This document shows positions 7,884-17,074 of a stretch of DNA of 30,929 bases, piece by piece. The notes below the pieces were generated by a model, which saw only the letters and a program-made list of their open reading frames with translations, did no database searches and was not told the DNA's origin. The stretch lies in IMG/VR virus record IMGVR_UViG_3300014205_000009, positions 62,001 through 92,929 of that record; one strand, written 5' to 3'. The stretch comes from an uncultured virus (IMG/VR IMGVR_UViG_3300014205_000009). Taxonomy: Duplodnaviria > Heunggongvirae > Uroviricota > Caudoviricetes. Position 1 is the first letter of the stretch; each line of letters starts with the position of its first letter. Both the position numbers and the translations under genes were made by a program.

Positions 7884-8620
7884 GCTGCCACCTCATCAAC
7901 GTCGGACAGCCACACAGCCTCAGCCGAGCGCGAACCGGCACGAGTTGTCTTGACCTCGCCGAGGGGTGCGAACGGGAGCCACGTCGCGCCGACGTTCTCG
8001 CACACGATCACCTGCCCCGGCCGCGACTGGCACCAGTCGCCGAGCTGCGGGAAGTCGATCCCATCAGCGCCGAATCGGTAGTGCCGCCCCGCGTCCGCGT
8101 AAGGCGGATCAACGAACCACGTTGCCGACCCGACGTCGGTCACTGATGTGTAGTCGCCTTCCACGACGCGCCAATGCCGGATGTGGTCGACCTGGCTAGC
8201 GATCGTGTTACGCACACGGTCGCCCCAGAACGAGCCGGGCCGGACGCCCGAGCGCATCCACGACGACGGGCTCTTTCGTGGCGAGGAAGGGGCTCGGTTG
8301 AGCCAGAACCCGACGAGCGCAGCCGCCTCCGGGATCAAGCTCAGATCGTCGACGCAGCCGTCGAGCGGAACGTCCGGGATCGCCAGCACCTCGGACGGGC
8401 GGACAGCGATCAGATACCGCCACAGGCCCGCGATGATAGGGTCCACGTCGCAGAGGACGACGTCACGGTCCGGGTAGCGGAGCGAGAATCCAGCCGAGCC
8501 CGCGAACGGCTCGACGATCCTGTCGAAGGCGGGCGCTGGATAGTGGCGGGGCGTGTCGCGCCACTTGCCGCCGTAGAAGCCGAAGAACGGGCGCAGTGAG
8601 ACGTCGGGCTGGGCGCTCAC
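7880..8620 (-). CDS. DNA adenine methyltransferase (Dam/D12-like), orphan
   Basis: F.FYGGKW, IVEPFAGSAG (SAM binding), FVDPPY (catalytic); GTGA overlap at start 8620. Confidence 0.9.
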   Translation of the reverse strand: MSAQPDVSLRPFFGFYGGKWRDTPRHYPAPAFDRIVEPFAGSAGFSLRYPDRDVVLCDVDPIIAGLWRYLIAVRPSEVLAIPDVPLDGCVDDLSLIPEAAALVGFWLNRAPSSPRKSPSSWMRSGVRPGSFWGDRVRNTIASQVDHIRHWRVVEGDYTSVTDVGSATWFVDPPYADAGRHYRFGADGIDFPQLGDWCQSRPGQVIVCENVGATWLPFAPLGEVKTTRAGSRSAEAVWLSDVDEVAA

Positions 8621-9033
8621 GCCGTCACCGGCGCCACAGCCAGGAACACGTCGAAGCACGTTTCGCAGGAGCGCCACCCAGACGGGGCCAAACGCTCCGG
8701 ATACGCGGGAACATCCCAATGCAGGGTGCCGCGCAGGTGTCGGCCGCACATGGTTTCCACCGGGTCGCCGGGCTGGCGGTGACTGCCAGAGGCGCTGATG
8801 TGCCCGATCCCGAGATTGGGGATGGAGTTGCGCTGCTCCCGCCGTACCCACCGGCCACGGTCGAACACGGGGGCAGCCGGTGGTGGGGTGTGGAGGGTGA
8901 CGGAGACGACGAGGTCGGTGTCCAGGGCGCGGTGGTACAGCTCCCGGGCGGCGACCGGCTGGGAGCGGGCGAGGTTGGCGGCGGCAGCCCGGAGGGCGTC
9001 GCCTTCGGGTGTAGGTGTGACTGTGATGGGCAT
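8617..9033 (-). CDS. hypothetical protein (H...TMCG...CxxC)
   Basis: GAGAGG RBS before ATG 9033; stop overlaps the methyltransferase start. Confidence 0.7.
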   Translation of the reverse strand: MPITVTPTPEGDALRAAAANLARSQPVAARELYHRALDTDLVVSVTLHTPPPAAPVFDRGRWVRREQRNSIPNLGIGHISASGSHRQPGDPVETMCGRHLRGTLHWDVPAYPERLAPSGWRSCETCFDVFLAVAPVTA

Positions 9034-9136
9034 GGTGTGCCTCTCGTTGGGCGCGAGAGCGGGCAGGATGGTGGGGCCTGTCGGGGGCGGGTGGGCCGGA
9101 AGCGATCCGGCCCACCCGAGTTGACCTGCGGAAACG

Positions 9137-9631
9137 TCAGAAGGGAGGCTCGTCCTCGGTGGCGGTTGCGCTGCCAGCGGACGCGGTCGCCCACGGGTCA
9201 TCGACCGGGGCCCCTCCCCCACCGGCGTTGCGTCCGGTGTTGAAGTCGCCGCTGTTGCCACCCGAACGAGACACCTTGTTGACCTTGGCGGTCGCGTACT
9301 TGAGCGACGGGCCGACCTCGTCGACCTCGAGCTCGACGACGGTGCGCTTCTCACCCTCGCGGGTCTCGAAGGACCGCTGCTTGAGCCGGCCCTGCACCAT
9401 GACGCGCATTCCACGGGTCAGTGTCTCGGCCACGTTCTCAGCGGCCTGCCTCCACACGTTGCACCGCATGAACAGTGCCGGGTCGTCGACCCACTCGTTG
9501 GTCTGCTTGTCGAAGTGTCGGCTGTTCGATGCCACCGTGAAGTTGGCGACCGCTGCGCCGGCTGCCGTGAATCTGAGTTCCGGGTCTGCGGTGAGCGAGC
9601 CGACGAGGGTGAGCAGGGTTTCACCGGACAT
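9137..9631 (-). CDS. ssb: single-stranded DNA-binding protein
   Basis: [37 protein letters not shown]-terminal DEPPF. Confidence 0.97.
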   Translation of the reverse strand: MSGETLLTLVGSLTADPELRFTAAGAAVANFTVASNSRHFDKQTNEWVDDPALFMRCNVWRQAAENVAETLTRGMRVMVQGRLKQRSFETREGEKRTVVELEVDEVGPSLKYATAKVNKVSRSGGNSGDFNTGRNAGGGGAPVDDPWATASAGSATATEDEPPF

Positions 9632-9674
9632 GGGTGTTGGGCGCCTTTCGGTGGTGCTTGGGCAGGACAGGTTT

Positions 9675-10004
9675 TCAGGGCTTGGCGGGGTTGAGCAGGG
9701 GCATGCCGTGCGCCCTAGTGGCGCACTCCGAGCAGCGACCGCGGAGCGTGCCGGGGTCGGTTTCGGACCAGCCCCAGGAGGTTGCGCCGCAGAGGGCTTC
9801 GATGCGGCCTGAGACGGGGTTGGGGCGCCAGCGGGCGACGGCGTGGAGGGTGCCGTCGGGCCCGCCGAGATACCAGGCGACGCGGTCGGGCTGGGTGATG
9901 CTGCCGGGGGCGATGCGCTGGGGCTTCCAGTCGGTTCGCGCTCGGAAGCCGCAGAGGGCCTGGAGTTCGGCGGGGGTGGGCGTGTGGATGGTGGGGGCTG
10001 TCAT
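9675..10004 (-). CDS. hypothetical protein (H...ALCG...CxxC)
   Basis: AGGAAGG RBS; first gene after the promoter at 10039-10066. Confidence 0.75.
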   Translation of the reverse strand: MTAPTIHTPTPAELQALCGFRARTDWKPQRIAPGSITQPDRVAWYLGGPDGTLHAVARWRPNPVSGRIEALCGATSWGWSETDPGTLRGRCSECATRAHGMPLLNPAKP

Positions 10005-10038
10005 TTGGGCGCCTTCCTGGGCTGGGGAAGTGGTGTTG

Positions 10039-10075
10039 AACTTACCGGGCTCTAGCCATTTGTCAACTACTAGTT
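10039..10075 (-). promoter_or_regulatory. sigma-70-type promoter with conserved 17-bp motif
   Basis: AACTAGTAG-TTGACA-N16-TAAGTT on the minus strand; AACTAGTAGTTGACAAA is identical to 29240-29256. Confidence 0.8.
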
Positions 10076-10084
10076 AGGGTCGGA

Positions 10085-10849
10085 TCAGGCCGGGTCCACC
10101 GCGAACGGCGACGACGCCACCTCGCTCCCGTCCTCCAAACGACTGATCACGAAATCCCGGAACACGTTCGGCACCTCCACCTGCAACTGGCGCAAGCACT
10201 CGACGGCGAGCTCACGAATCTCCACGTCGGCATGCTCCGTCGCGCGCATCGCGATGAAGTGCCGCCACGCCCGGTAGTTGCCGGTGACCACGATGCGGGT
10301 CTCGGTGGCGTTCGGGAGGATCGCGCGGGCCGCCTGCCGGGCCTGCTTACGTCGCAGGGTTCCGTTGGGGACATCAGCGAACTTCGCTTCCAGTTCATCG
10401 AGGAGCTGTTCGTAGACGATCTCTGCGTTCTCGACGCCCCGCCGGAAGATGTCGTGGAGTCCCTTGTCCTCGGCGATCGTGTGCGGCTCGACGATGTTGC
10501 CCATGCCCGGCACGTACCGCTGCGAAAGCTGCGAGTAGGAGAAGTGGCGGTGTCGGATCAGCTCGTGCGTGAGCGACCTGGAAAGGCCGGTCAAGTAGAA
10601 GCTGACCGTGCCGTGTTCGAGGACGGACAGATGCCCGACTTCGAGGATGTGCCGCAGGTAGCCCTCATTCGTGGCGGTGGCCGGGTTGCTGCGAGCCCAC
10701 GACTGGTAGCAAGCCCGTCCGGCAGCCTCCGCCAACGCTGACCCGCCCGACGCCTCGGTCCGGAACCCGGACATGACGGCCGCTGCGGCGTCGGCGTCAA
10801 ATTCGGTCTTCGCGATCAGGGTCACTCTTAGCGGCGCAATGTTGGTCAT
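10085..10849 (-). CDS. thyX: FAD-dependent thymidylate synthase
   Basis: [55 protein letters not shown] overlap with the HNH stop. Confidence 0.97.
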   Translation of the reverse strand: MTNIAPLRVTLIAKTEFDADAAAAVMSGFRTEASGGSALAEAAGRACYQSWARSNPATATNEGYLRHILEVGHLSVLEHGTVSFYLTGLSRSLTHELIRHRHFSYSQLSQRYVPGMGNIVEPHTIAEDKGLHDIFRRGVENAEIVYEQLLDELEAKFADVPNGTLRRKQARQAARAILPNATETRIVVTGNYRAWRHFIAMRATEHADVEIRELAVECLRQLQVEVPNVFRDFVISRLEDGSEVASSPFAVDPA

Positions 10850-11337
10850 GCGATGTGCCTCCAGGTTCGGTAGTTGACGACGTTGAAGATGCAGATGCCA
10901 CTGACGCCGTACCGGAGTCCGAGGGATCGGGTGGTTCCTGCGCCGGCCGCGTAGAGCTCGCGGATTTCGCGGACCTGCACCTCGGTCAGTTTGTGCCGTG
11001 GGTGCGACTCTCCAGGCGCTCCCTTCGCACGACCCTTGGCGACCTTGTCGTCCATGTTGTCGCCTGGGGTTCCGAGGAATAGGTGTTCTGGGTTCACGCA
11101 CGGTGGGTTGTCACAGTGATGAAGCACTTGAAGGCCACCGGGGATAGCCCCTCGGTGCACGACCCAAGAGGCGCGGTGGGCGCCGGTCGTTCGCCCCCGT
11201 CCTCCGAGGCCGATCTTCCCGTACTCCTTATTGTCTCTGGAGCCGGTGAACTCCCAGCAGCCCGCTTCCGTCACTTCGATCCGGGAGAGCAGCCGAACCT
11301 TCAACGGCGTGCGGCCGGAACCGAACGGCCTACCCAA
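10846..11337 (-). CDS. HNH endonuclease (free-standing homing type) with C-terminal HTH
   Basis: CWEFTG...YGKI...AHRASW...[28 protein letters not shown]...KLTE.QVREIR; probable TTG start at 11337. Confidence 0.92.
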   Translation of the reverse strand: MGRPFGSGRTPLKVRLLSRIEVTEAGCWEFTGSRDNKEYGKIGLGGRGRTTGAHRASWVVHRGAIPGGLQVLHHCDNPPCVNPEHLFLGTPGDNMDDKVAKGRAKGAPGESHPRHKLTEVQVREIRELYAAGAGTTRSLGLRYGVSGICIFNVVNYRTWRHIA

Positions 11338-11545
11338 CGTGCACCTGCTCTGCGGTCGAAATCTTGACGAGGGTCCAGCCACGGGCGGCCAGATAGCCGG
11401 CAACATGCGTCGGCGCGTTCCGAGCAGGACGCGAGAGCCGGACCGGGGCCACGGTCTCCGCGACATCCACGCGGGTGATCTCGTGGGCGAGGTAGTCGGC
11501 GAGGCCGTCCCCGATGAGGTCGGCAAGAGTGGGCGAGCCAGTCAC
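11330..11545 (-). CDS. hypothetical protein (71 aa)
   Basis: GTGA overlap at start; MTGSPTLADLIGDGLADYL... Confidence 0.6.
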   Translation of the reverse strand: MTGSPTLADLIGDGLADYLAHEITRVDVAETVAPVRLSRPARNAPTHVAGYLAARGWTLVKISTAEQVHVG

Positions 11546-12003
11546 GCAGCAGCTCCGGGGCGGACGACGGTCAACGCGAACCCGGTGCCGTAGTAGCCGT
11601 TGCCGTCGGAGCCGATGAACTCCGCAACGTTGATCTCCGTGTTGTCGGCGAACACGAAGATGCGGTAGGCGCCGTCCCCGGTGTCGTCCCACTCGTTGTC
11701 GGGGCTGCATTCGACGCGGGCGCTGGTGATGATGTTGTCGACGGTGGCGACCTTGTCGAGCGAGTAGTCCCCTGCCCCGCAGGAGCATCCGCCCTCGTTG
11801 CCGGTCAGGTAGAGGGCGGTGCCGTCGTCGAGGACCAGGCGGCCCTCAGCCGTCGCCGTTGTCGTCGTCTCGTAGCGCCACGGGCTCCGGTACGGGTAGG
11901 TGAACGACCCCATCTCTGCCTGCACGATGCGGCGGCCGATGAGGAGTGCGGCGATCTCGTCCGGGTTTTCCTCGCCGTAGGTGGTGGTGGTCTGCTCGGT
12001 CAC
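11542..12003 (-). CDS. conserved actinophage hypothetical protein
   Basis: LIGRRIV...LVLDDGT.LYL.GNEGGCSCGAGDY...DNIIT...GSDGNGYYGTGF; GGAG RBS before GTG 12003. Confidence 0.85.
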   Translation of the reverse strand: MTEQTTTTYGEENPDEIAALLIGRRIVQAEMGSFTYPYRSPWRYETTTTATAEGRLVLDDGTALYLTGNEGGCSCGAGDYSLDKVATVDNIITSARVECSPDNEWDDTGDGAYRIFVFADNTEINVAEFIGSDGNGYYGTGFALTVVRPGAAA

Positions 12004-12016
12004 TGGTCTTCTCCAG

Positions 12017-12217
12017 TCAAGATGTGGGGGAGGTGGTGTGGGCGTGGTCGGGGCAGTAGTCCCGGCCCGGGCGCTGCGGATCAGTCGACGGGGCATACCG
12101 CCAGCCCGACTTAGCTGCGGCCCTGCGGAGCGGGGTGGGTCGGTCGCCGGCGTCTTGGATGGTGTTGGGGCAGCCGGGGGCGTCGCAGCGGACCCGGACG
12201 AACTTCGACGCGGTCAC
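12017..12217 (-). CDS. small Zn-binding hypothetical protein
   Basis: RCDAPGC...AAAKSGW...DYCPDH. Confidence 0.75.
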   Translation of the reverse strand: MTASKFVRVRCDAPGCPNTIQDAGDRPTPLRRAAAKSGWRYAPSTDPQRPGRDYCPDHAHTTSPTS

Positions 12218-13176
12218 GGGGTGGCCTCCGAGAGTTTCGGCGATTCGCCCAGCGCTTCGCGGAGCTTCCCTGCCACGAACTCGGCGTAGCCCAGCCACGT
12301 CCCATCCTGGTTGGCCCAGGCGTAGGTCTGGAGCAAGTCCTGGAGGTCGTCGGCGAGGTCAGCCACACGGCTGTACAGCGCGTCGTGCTGGTGTGTCATC
12401 GCCTCCTGCGCGGCGTCCAGGCGGTCCGTTTCCAGCCGTAGCTGGCGGCACTCGGCGGCCAGGTCGCGGCGGCTTTCGAGGTGCCGGGTCTGCGACCGGT
12501 AGGCGTCGAAGTTGTTGCGTTCCTGCCCGATCGTGTGGGACATGCGCCCGTTCTCGCGGCAGCGGTGACGCAGCTCGGCCCGCACATAGTCGAGCTCGGC
12601 TTGCATGTCGTAGTCGTGGGCGAGGCGCATGCGGGCCACGGCCTGGGCTGCGGTGCACTCACCACGGCCGACCCGGCGGACGATGTGGTGGTGCTCATCG
12701 GTGGTGCTGTACGGGTCAGTCATCGAGGTAGCTCCTGCACTCTCGGCAGACCCCACAACAGCAGAGCGCGCCGCGACTACCTGCTTCACGCTTGACAGGT
12801 ACACCTGTGTCGCCCGGGACGGGTCGCCGACGATGCACAGCGCCGACGGGTAGTCACGCTCGCACTCGTGGCACCACAGCATGGTCCGGTACTCCGACCA
12901 CGCCAACCGCTCGTCGAACTCGCCGTCCACAACCGCCGGGTAGACACACACTGGGCAGTGGAAGCCCTCCTCGCACGGCATGTTGACGACCAGGACGCTG
13001 CCCGTGACGTCCTCGTGGCGCTTGCCCAGGATGCGGGCGGCGTCGGGGTTGTCCTCGGCGTCCGGTGCGGGCATGTCGGCCTGGACGACCTGCGCAGCGG
13101 CCAGACCTTCGAACGACTTGCGAAGGCGTTCGAGGAGGTCGGGCCCGGCGGGCTCGTCAGGGGTCGAGGCGGTCAT
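12214..13176 (-). CDS. hypothetical protein; apparent two-gene fusion with an internal RBS/start at 12723
   Basis: N-half PCEEGFHCPVC...LAWSEY..MLWCHECERDYPSALC; internal AGGAG-N8-ATG before MTDPYSTT; coiled-coil-like C-half. Confidence 0.7.
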   Translation of the reverse strand: MTASTPDEPAGPDLLERLRKSFEGLAAAQVVQADMPAPDAEDNPDAARILGKRHEDVTGSVLVVNMPCEEGFHCPVCVYPAVVDGEFDERLAWSEYRTMLWCHECERDYPSALCIVGDPSRATQVYLSSVKQVVAARSAVVGSAESAGATSMTDPYSTTDEHHHIVRRVGRGECTAAQAVARMRLAHDYDMQAELDYVRAELRHRCRENGRMSHTIGQERNNFDAYRSQTRHLESRRDLAAECRQLRLETDRLDAAQEAMTHQHDALYSRVADLADDLQDLLQTYAWANQDGTWLGYAEFVAGKLREALGESPKLSEATP

Positions 13177-13481
13177 GAGGCCACCGCCAGCACCGTCGTC
13201 GGGGTGGGCGCGAACTCGTCCCACCCGGCAGCGACAGCCAGCCCGCCGTCCTCCCAGCGGACCATCACAGCGCCGCGGGCGACAGCGGCGACAACAGCGG
13301 AGGTGCGGTCGACGGTGCCCAGCTTGTAGTTGATACGGGTCAGATGTGACTTGACCGTCTGAATGGACAAGGTGAGGTGGCGGGCGATGACCTCGTTCGA
13401 CATGCCCGACGCGGCACCGACCAGCACAGTGATCTCCCGCGCAGTCAAATGCGGGCGAAGACCCTTCGGGTAGCCGCTCAC
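13173..13481 (-). CDS. LuxR-type HTH transcriptional regulator
   Basis: LTAREITVL..AASGMSNEVIARHL.LSIQTVKSHLTRI..KLG..DRTSAV. Confidence 0.93.
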   Translation of the reverse strand: MSGYPKGLRPHLTAREITVLVGAASGMSNEVIARHLTLSIQTVKSHLTRINYKLGTVDRTSAVVAAVARGAVMVRWEDGGLAVAAGWDEFAPTPTTVLAVAS

Positions 13482-13876
13482 CGCGGGTCACCGCTGTTGA
13501 TGCGGGGCATCACCTGGGTTTCGTCGTCCTGGGTGGAGGCCAGGTGCGGGGCGAACGGCGGCGGGTCGGCCGCGAACACGCGCTTCGACGGGACCACCTG
13601 AGGCCCGCGACGCCCGGCAGGCGGGCGCAGCCCGCGGATACCGGGGGAGGTGTGCGCCGGATACCCGAACGATGTGCGCTGCACTCGGTGCGGGCCGGTC
13701 GTGGCGCCCTCGTAGGCGGCGCGGTGGCGGGCGGGGTCGTCACCGTCAGCAGGGGGCGGGATGAGGGCTGGCCTGGACGCGCGGTAGCGGTCGAACACGT
13801 CGCGGAAGAACCAGCCGAGGCCGAAGAAGAGGGCTGATGCTGCGAGGGCGAGGAGCAGGGGGGCCAGGGCGGACAT
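13478..13876 (-). CDS. membrane-anchored hypothetical protein
   Basis: N-terminal TM helix and Pro-rich tail; GGAAGG RBS before ATG 13876 (GTG 13888 is an alternative). Confidence 0.7.
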   Translation of the reverse strand: MSALAPLLLALAASALFFGLGWFFRDVFDRYRASRPALIPPPADGDDPARHRAAYEGATTGPHRVQRTSFGYPAHTSPGIRGLRPPAGRRGPQVVPSKRVFAADPPPFAPHLASTQDDETQVMPRINSGDPR

Positions 13877-13993
13877 GAAGGTGGGCACCTTCCGGGGTAT
13901 GGGCGTGGGCAGGGGTGGGCGTTGCGCTGCGGATGACCCCGTGGTCAGGGCATAGGGGTGAATTACAGCCGGGGCAGGTCAGCGGGTCGTCGC

Positions 13994-14203
13994 TCATGCG
14001 GCGGCCTGCCGGTCCTCGTTCACCCACAAAGAGGCGGTGTCGTGGTTGATGTGGAGACGGCGGGCGATCACACCCGGCGGCTCACCGGCGACAGTCATGC
14101 GGCGGGCCGCTTCGCGCTGGTCCTCTTTGCGGGCGGACGCGATGTCGGCGGGTGTCGCGTAGTCGGTGCACAGCCGTTCGACGAGAACGTCGTCGGGGAG
14201 CAT
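13994..14203 (-). CDS. small HTH-like protein
   Basis: EAARRM...GEPPGVIARRLHINHDTASLW; TGATG overlap. Confidence 0.7.
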   Translation of the reverse strand: MLPDDVLVERLCTDYATPADIASARKEDQREAARRMTVAGEPPGVIARRLHINHDTASLWVNEDRQAAA

Positions 14204-14310
14204 CAGGCGGCCTTGACGGGGCGGGCGTCACGCCACATGCGGGTGAACGCGGCCAAGCCGATCAGGACGGGTTGGGTGAGGAGCACAGCAGCAGGCAGGA
14301 GGGGGTGCAT
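14203..14310 (-). CDS. small membrane peptide (35 aa)
   Basis: MHPLLPAAVLLTQPVLIGLAAFTRMWRDARPVKAA; GAAGG RBS; stop overlaps the next start. Confidence 0.55.
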   Translation of the reverse strand: MHPLLPAAVLLTQPVLIGLAAFTRMWRDARPVKAA

Positions 14311-14345
14311 TGGTGGGCGCCTTCAACAGTGGGGGTGGGCAGGGG

Positions 14346-14522
14346 CTAGATGGTGCGGAGCTGTGGGCGTGGCTCCGGTAGGTCGTTGACGTGGGCCAGG
14401 ATCAGGGCGAGGACCGGCAGCAGCATCGCCTCCGCCTCAGCCTCGGGGCTGGCCCCGGTGGGGTGTTCGGCGAGGAGAGCGGCCAGGCGTTGCTCGATCG
14501 GGCCGGGCGGGGGGCGTGACAC
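14346..14522 (-). CDS. small hypothetical protein
   Basis: GTG 14522 preceded by the same TTGAAGGCGCCCACC 15-mer that precedes 14310. Confidence 0.6.
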   Translation of the reverse strand: MSRPPPGPIEQRLAALLAEHPTGASPEAEAEAMLLPVLALILAHVNDLPEPRPQLRTI

Positions 14523-14542
14523 GGTGGGCGCCTTCAAAGTGG

Positions 14543-15112
14543 TTAGGCCGGTTGGGCACCGGTGGTGGGCAGGAACGAGTTGGCCAGTTGTGTGAACGCG
14601 GACCCGGCGGGCGGCGGGCTGTCGCGCGGTTTCTGGTGTTTCCCTGTTGTTCGTTTCGCCGCGACTTTTCGTAACACGATCGGCACTGTGGGTGCATCCA
14701 TGTTGCGGCGTTCCCGCGTGTTCCGTACCGCCTCCACCGCCACCCGTTCACAGCCCTTCACCCCGATGTTGGCGACAGCGGCGAGAGGGATGACCGCTCC
14801 CTCAGGCCACCACACCCACGGGCCGGTCCCGGGCACCCATGCGCATCGGCAGCCCCAGTTGTCGTGGCAGCCGCGGGTGCCGTGCTTTTTCGCGCCGTCG
14901 GGGTGGATGCGTTTGGGTCGGCCTCGCTGGTCGTAGCGGCGGCCGACTGTGGCGCTGGGGTGTCCTGCCCGGATGAGGTTGGCGCGTTCCGGGTCGGTGA
15001 GGACGTGGATTGCGGTGTCTTCGATGGTTTCGAAGCGGTGGACTTCTTCGCGGGTTGAGGCGCGGCGTCCGGCTCGGGTGTGCAGGGGGTGTTCGGGGCG
15101 GGGCTCGGTCAT
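14543..15112 (-). CDS. hypothetical protein with HGT...WGCRC Zn-binding motif
   Basis: KHGTRGCHDNWGCRC...C; start uncertain (15112 or 15217). Confidence 0.7.
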   Translation of the reverse strand: MTEPRPEHPLHTRAGRRASTREEVHRFETIEDTAIHVLTDPERANLIRAGHPSATVGRRYDQRGRPKRIHPDGAKKHGTRGCHDNWGCRCAWVPGTGPWVWWPEGAVIPLAAVANIGVKGCERVAVEAVRNTRERRNMDAPTVPIVLRKVAAKRTTGKHQKPRDSPPPAGSAFTQLANSFLPTTGAQPA

Positions 15113-15267
15113 GGGCGGGGGTGTGCTGGGGGCATGGGCAGGACCCTTTTGGGCAGGCGTGGGCGTGTGGGCATTGGGGTGGATGGTGACGCAACGGGCT
15201 GGTTGGCCGCCATCCATGGCCTTGCGGTTCGGCAGGGTTTGTGCTGGTCACTGGGCTGTTACCACCC

Positions 15268-15297
15268 AGTGTATGCACACGAACGGGTGACGTGCAA
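15268..15297 (-). promoter_or_regulatory. leftward promoter
   Basis: TTGCAC-N18-TACACT on the minus strand; TGCAC...GTGCA dyad across the spacer. Confidence 0.6.
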
Positions 15298-15347
15298 CCC
15301 CTGAGGCCCCTGGTGTGGCCACCGATGTTGCCCTAGCCTGGATAGCC

Positions 15348-15566
15348 GTGGACAAAGACACCGCACGAGCCCGACTCAAAGCCGCCGGCACCGAGTACGC
15401 CGCCACCAAACCCACCTGGGACAGCATCGTCGAACGCCTCAACGACGCCATCGAGGACGCCCGCCAGGCCGGGCTGCCGCAGCACGAGGTGGTGAAGCTG
15501 TCCGGGTACACGCGGGAGACGATCCGCCGACGCTGGAAGAAACAGCGCCCCCAGGACGGGGACTGA
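15348..15566 (+). CDS. small HTH DNA-binding protein, divergent orientation
   Basis: LNDAIEDARQAGLPQHEVVKLSGYTRETIRR; -10 TAGCCT (15334-15339) shortly before GTG 15348. Confidence 0.8.
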   Translation: MDKDTARARLKAAGTEYAATKPTWDSIVERLNDAIEDARQAGLPQHEVVKLSGYTRETIRRRWKKQRPQDGD

Positions 15567-15573
15567 GCGGGGG

Positions 15574-15945
15574 TTACAGCTGGCGAGACGCGGCCTGGGC
15601 GGCGCGTATCTCCTTGTCGGTGACCCCGAGCGCGTGCAGCGCATCGCGCGGGTCGACGTCGACACCCACCGTGGCGGCGAGTTCCGCGGTGGCGAGGAGC
15701 GCCACGATCGCGGCCGACTTGTCCAACGCTGGCGGGGCCGTGAACGTGCGCGGCCGACCCTTGTGCGGGAGGCGGGCCTCGGGGCGGCCGGTGGTGTTGC
15801 GGTTGCTGATGCGCTGGTCGAGGCACGGGGCGCCAGGCTGGGCGTTGCAGCGGGTGCAGGTGTCGTAGGGGGACCAGTCGATGCGGCGTGTGGGTTTGGG
15901 CTGCCAGACGGTGATGTGCTGTTTGGGTCCACACGAGGCTGGCAC
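15574..15945 (-). CDS. zinc-finger protein
   Basis: CTRCNAQPGAPC...PH.GR motif. Confidence 0.75.
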   Translation of the reverse strand: MPASCGPKQHITVWQPKPTRRIDWSPYDTCTRCNAQPGAPCLDQRISNRNTTGRPEARLPHKGRPRTFTAPPALDKSAAIVALLATAELAATVGVDVDPRDALHALGVTDKEIRAAQAASRQL

Positions 15946-15987
15946 AGATGATCGTTCGTTCCCGGCGGGTGTGCTGTTACTTCCCGA

Positions 15988-16008
15988 ACGATACGAACAC
16001 TTGTTCGA
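15988..16008. promoter_or_regulatory. LexA (SOS) box with abutting leftward -10
   Basis: ACGAAC-ACTT-GTTCGA (15993-16008) vs actinobacterial TCGAAC-N4-GTTCGA; minus-strand TATCGT at 15988-15993. Confidence 0.75.
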
Positions 16009-16036
16009 GACCGTGGGCGCGGGGAACTATCAGCCG

Positions 16037-16282
16037 GTGACCGCCGCCGACCCCATCGCCGAAGCCGCCCGCCGTGCCGCCCAAGCCGAAACCTGGCGGG
16101 CCGCACGCTGCACCCGCCCCGGCTGCCCCGGCAGCGACATCCTCTACGGGTGGGAACCCTGCCGCTGCCGAGGCCACGCCACCAAACACTGCATCACCTG
16201 CAACACCTGGTACTACCTGCCAGAGTTCACCGAGACCTGCCGGCCGCCCGGCATGGGCACACCGGACGGCAAGTTCAGATGA
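16037..16282 (+). CDS. small Cys-rich protein
   Basis: C..PGC...GWEPCRCRGH...CITC...P....C; strong GC3 codon bias on + strand; probable GTG start at 16037. Confidence 0.7.
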   Translation: MTAADPIAEAARRAAQAETWRAARCTRPGCPGSDILYGWEPCRCRGHATKHCITCNTWYYLPEFTETCRPPGMGTPDGKFR

Positions 16283-16400
16283 CCGGCGCGGAGCCTGTCG
16301 AGTTCGGCCAACAACTCCGCCGCCACCCAGCCCGGCACGTCATCGTCCGGGCCGGCACGCCGGGTGAGGGCTTCCGCACGGGCCAGCCACGACGCTGGCC

Positions 16401-16781
16401 TCACAGGCGCGCCCCCGCCCTGGTGTCGACGCCGTAATCGACCGTCGGGATAGCAGCGGCGCGGGCCAGGCGGGCACAGTTCCCGGTCCCCGACGCCCAC
16501 GACAACGCAGCCGCAATGCAGATGTCCGCGCCCAGGTTGACCATGTGCGCGTTCCGTGCCAGCGGGGAGGCGTGGTCGCGGGTGTCGTGGTCCTCGATGT
16601 GGCAGCCGAACTCTGCGGCCACCCGCTTAGCGAGCTGGTCGCCGCCGCGGGCGTTGCCCTGCACGACCGTCGTGTCCTGCGGGTGGACGCGGGCGTCACG
16701 GCCTGCCTTGATGATCGCGGCCCGGACCAGCTCCAGGTCTGCGAGTTCGCGGCTGGACGTCCACAGGATGCGGAGGCTCAC
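16401..16781 (-). CDS. SLOG-family (DUF2493/YspA-like) nucleotide-binding protein
   Basis: RILWTSSR, VVQGNARGGD, PLARNAHMVNLGADICIA, SGTGNCARLARAAAIP. Confidence 0.85.
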   Translation of the reverse strand: MSLRILWTSSRELADLELVRAAIIKAGRDARVHPQDTTVVQGNARGGDQLAKRVAAEFGCHIEDHDTRDHASPLARNAHMVNLGADICIAAALSWASGTGNCARLARAAAIPTVDYGVDTRAGARL

Positions 16782-17074
16782 GGCGCGACCTCCAGCGCGA
16801 GCAGGTCGTCGAGGTCGCCACGGTCGGCGCGGATGAGGACGTAGTCGTCGCCCTCGACCTGACAGGCGAACTCCCCACCATCGGGGAGGCGCAAGAACCG
16901 GTCGTGCTGCTTCGTGCCCCACGCGCGGCAGTCGTCGCAGCTGTCAGCCCGCCAGCGTCCGAGGATGCCGTCGAAGCGCTCGGCAGCGTCCCCGTAGGTG
17001 GGGTAGGTCTCGTCGATCGCCGCGAACGTTGGGTCGTCCCAGAGTCCAAGGAAGACCCGCCAGTGGTCGCTCAT
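16778..17074 (-). CDS. hypothetical protein
   Basis: MSDHWRVFLGLWDD...; overlaps the dnaN stop and the SLOG start. Confidence 0.7.
   Translation of the reverse strand: MSDHWRVFLGLWDDPTFAAIDETYPTYGDAAERFDGILGRWRADSCDDCRAWGTKQHDRFLRLPDGGEFACQVEGDDYVLIRADRGDLDDLLALEVAP

Noticed and set aside
7880..8620. Restriction-modification system
   Set aside because: No adjacent restriction endonuclease; orphan methyltransferases are common in phages
13746..13997. CxxC-containing ORF (MSDDPLTCPGCNSPLC...) with ATGA overlap
   Set aside because: Plausible start, but it overlaps the membrane-protein gene by ~130 bp with low-complexity sequence; left uncalled
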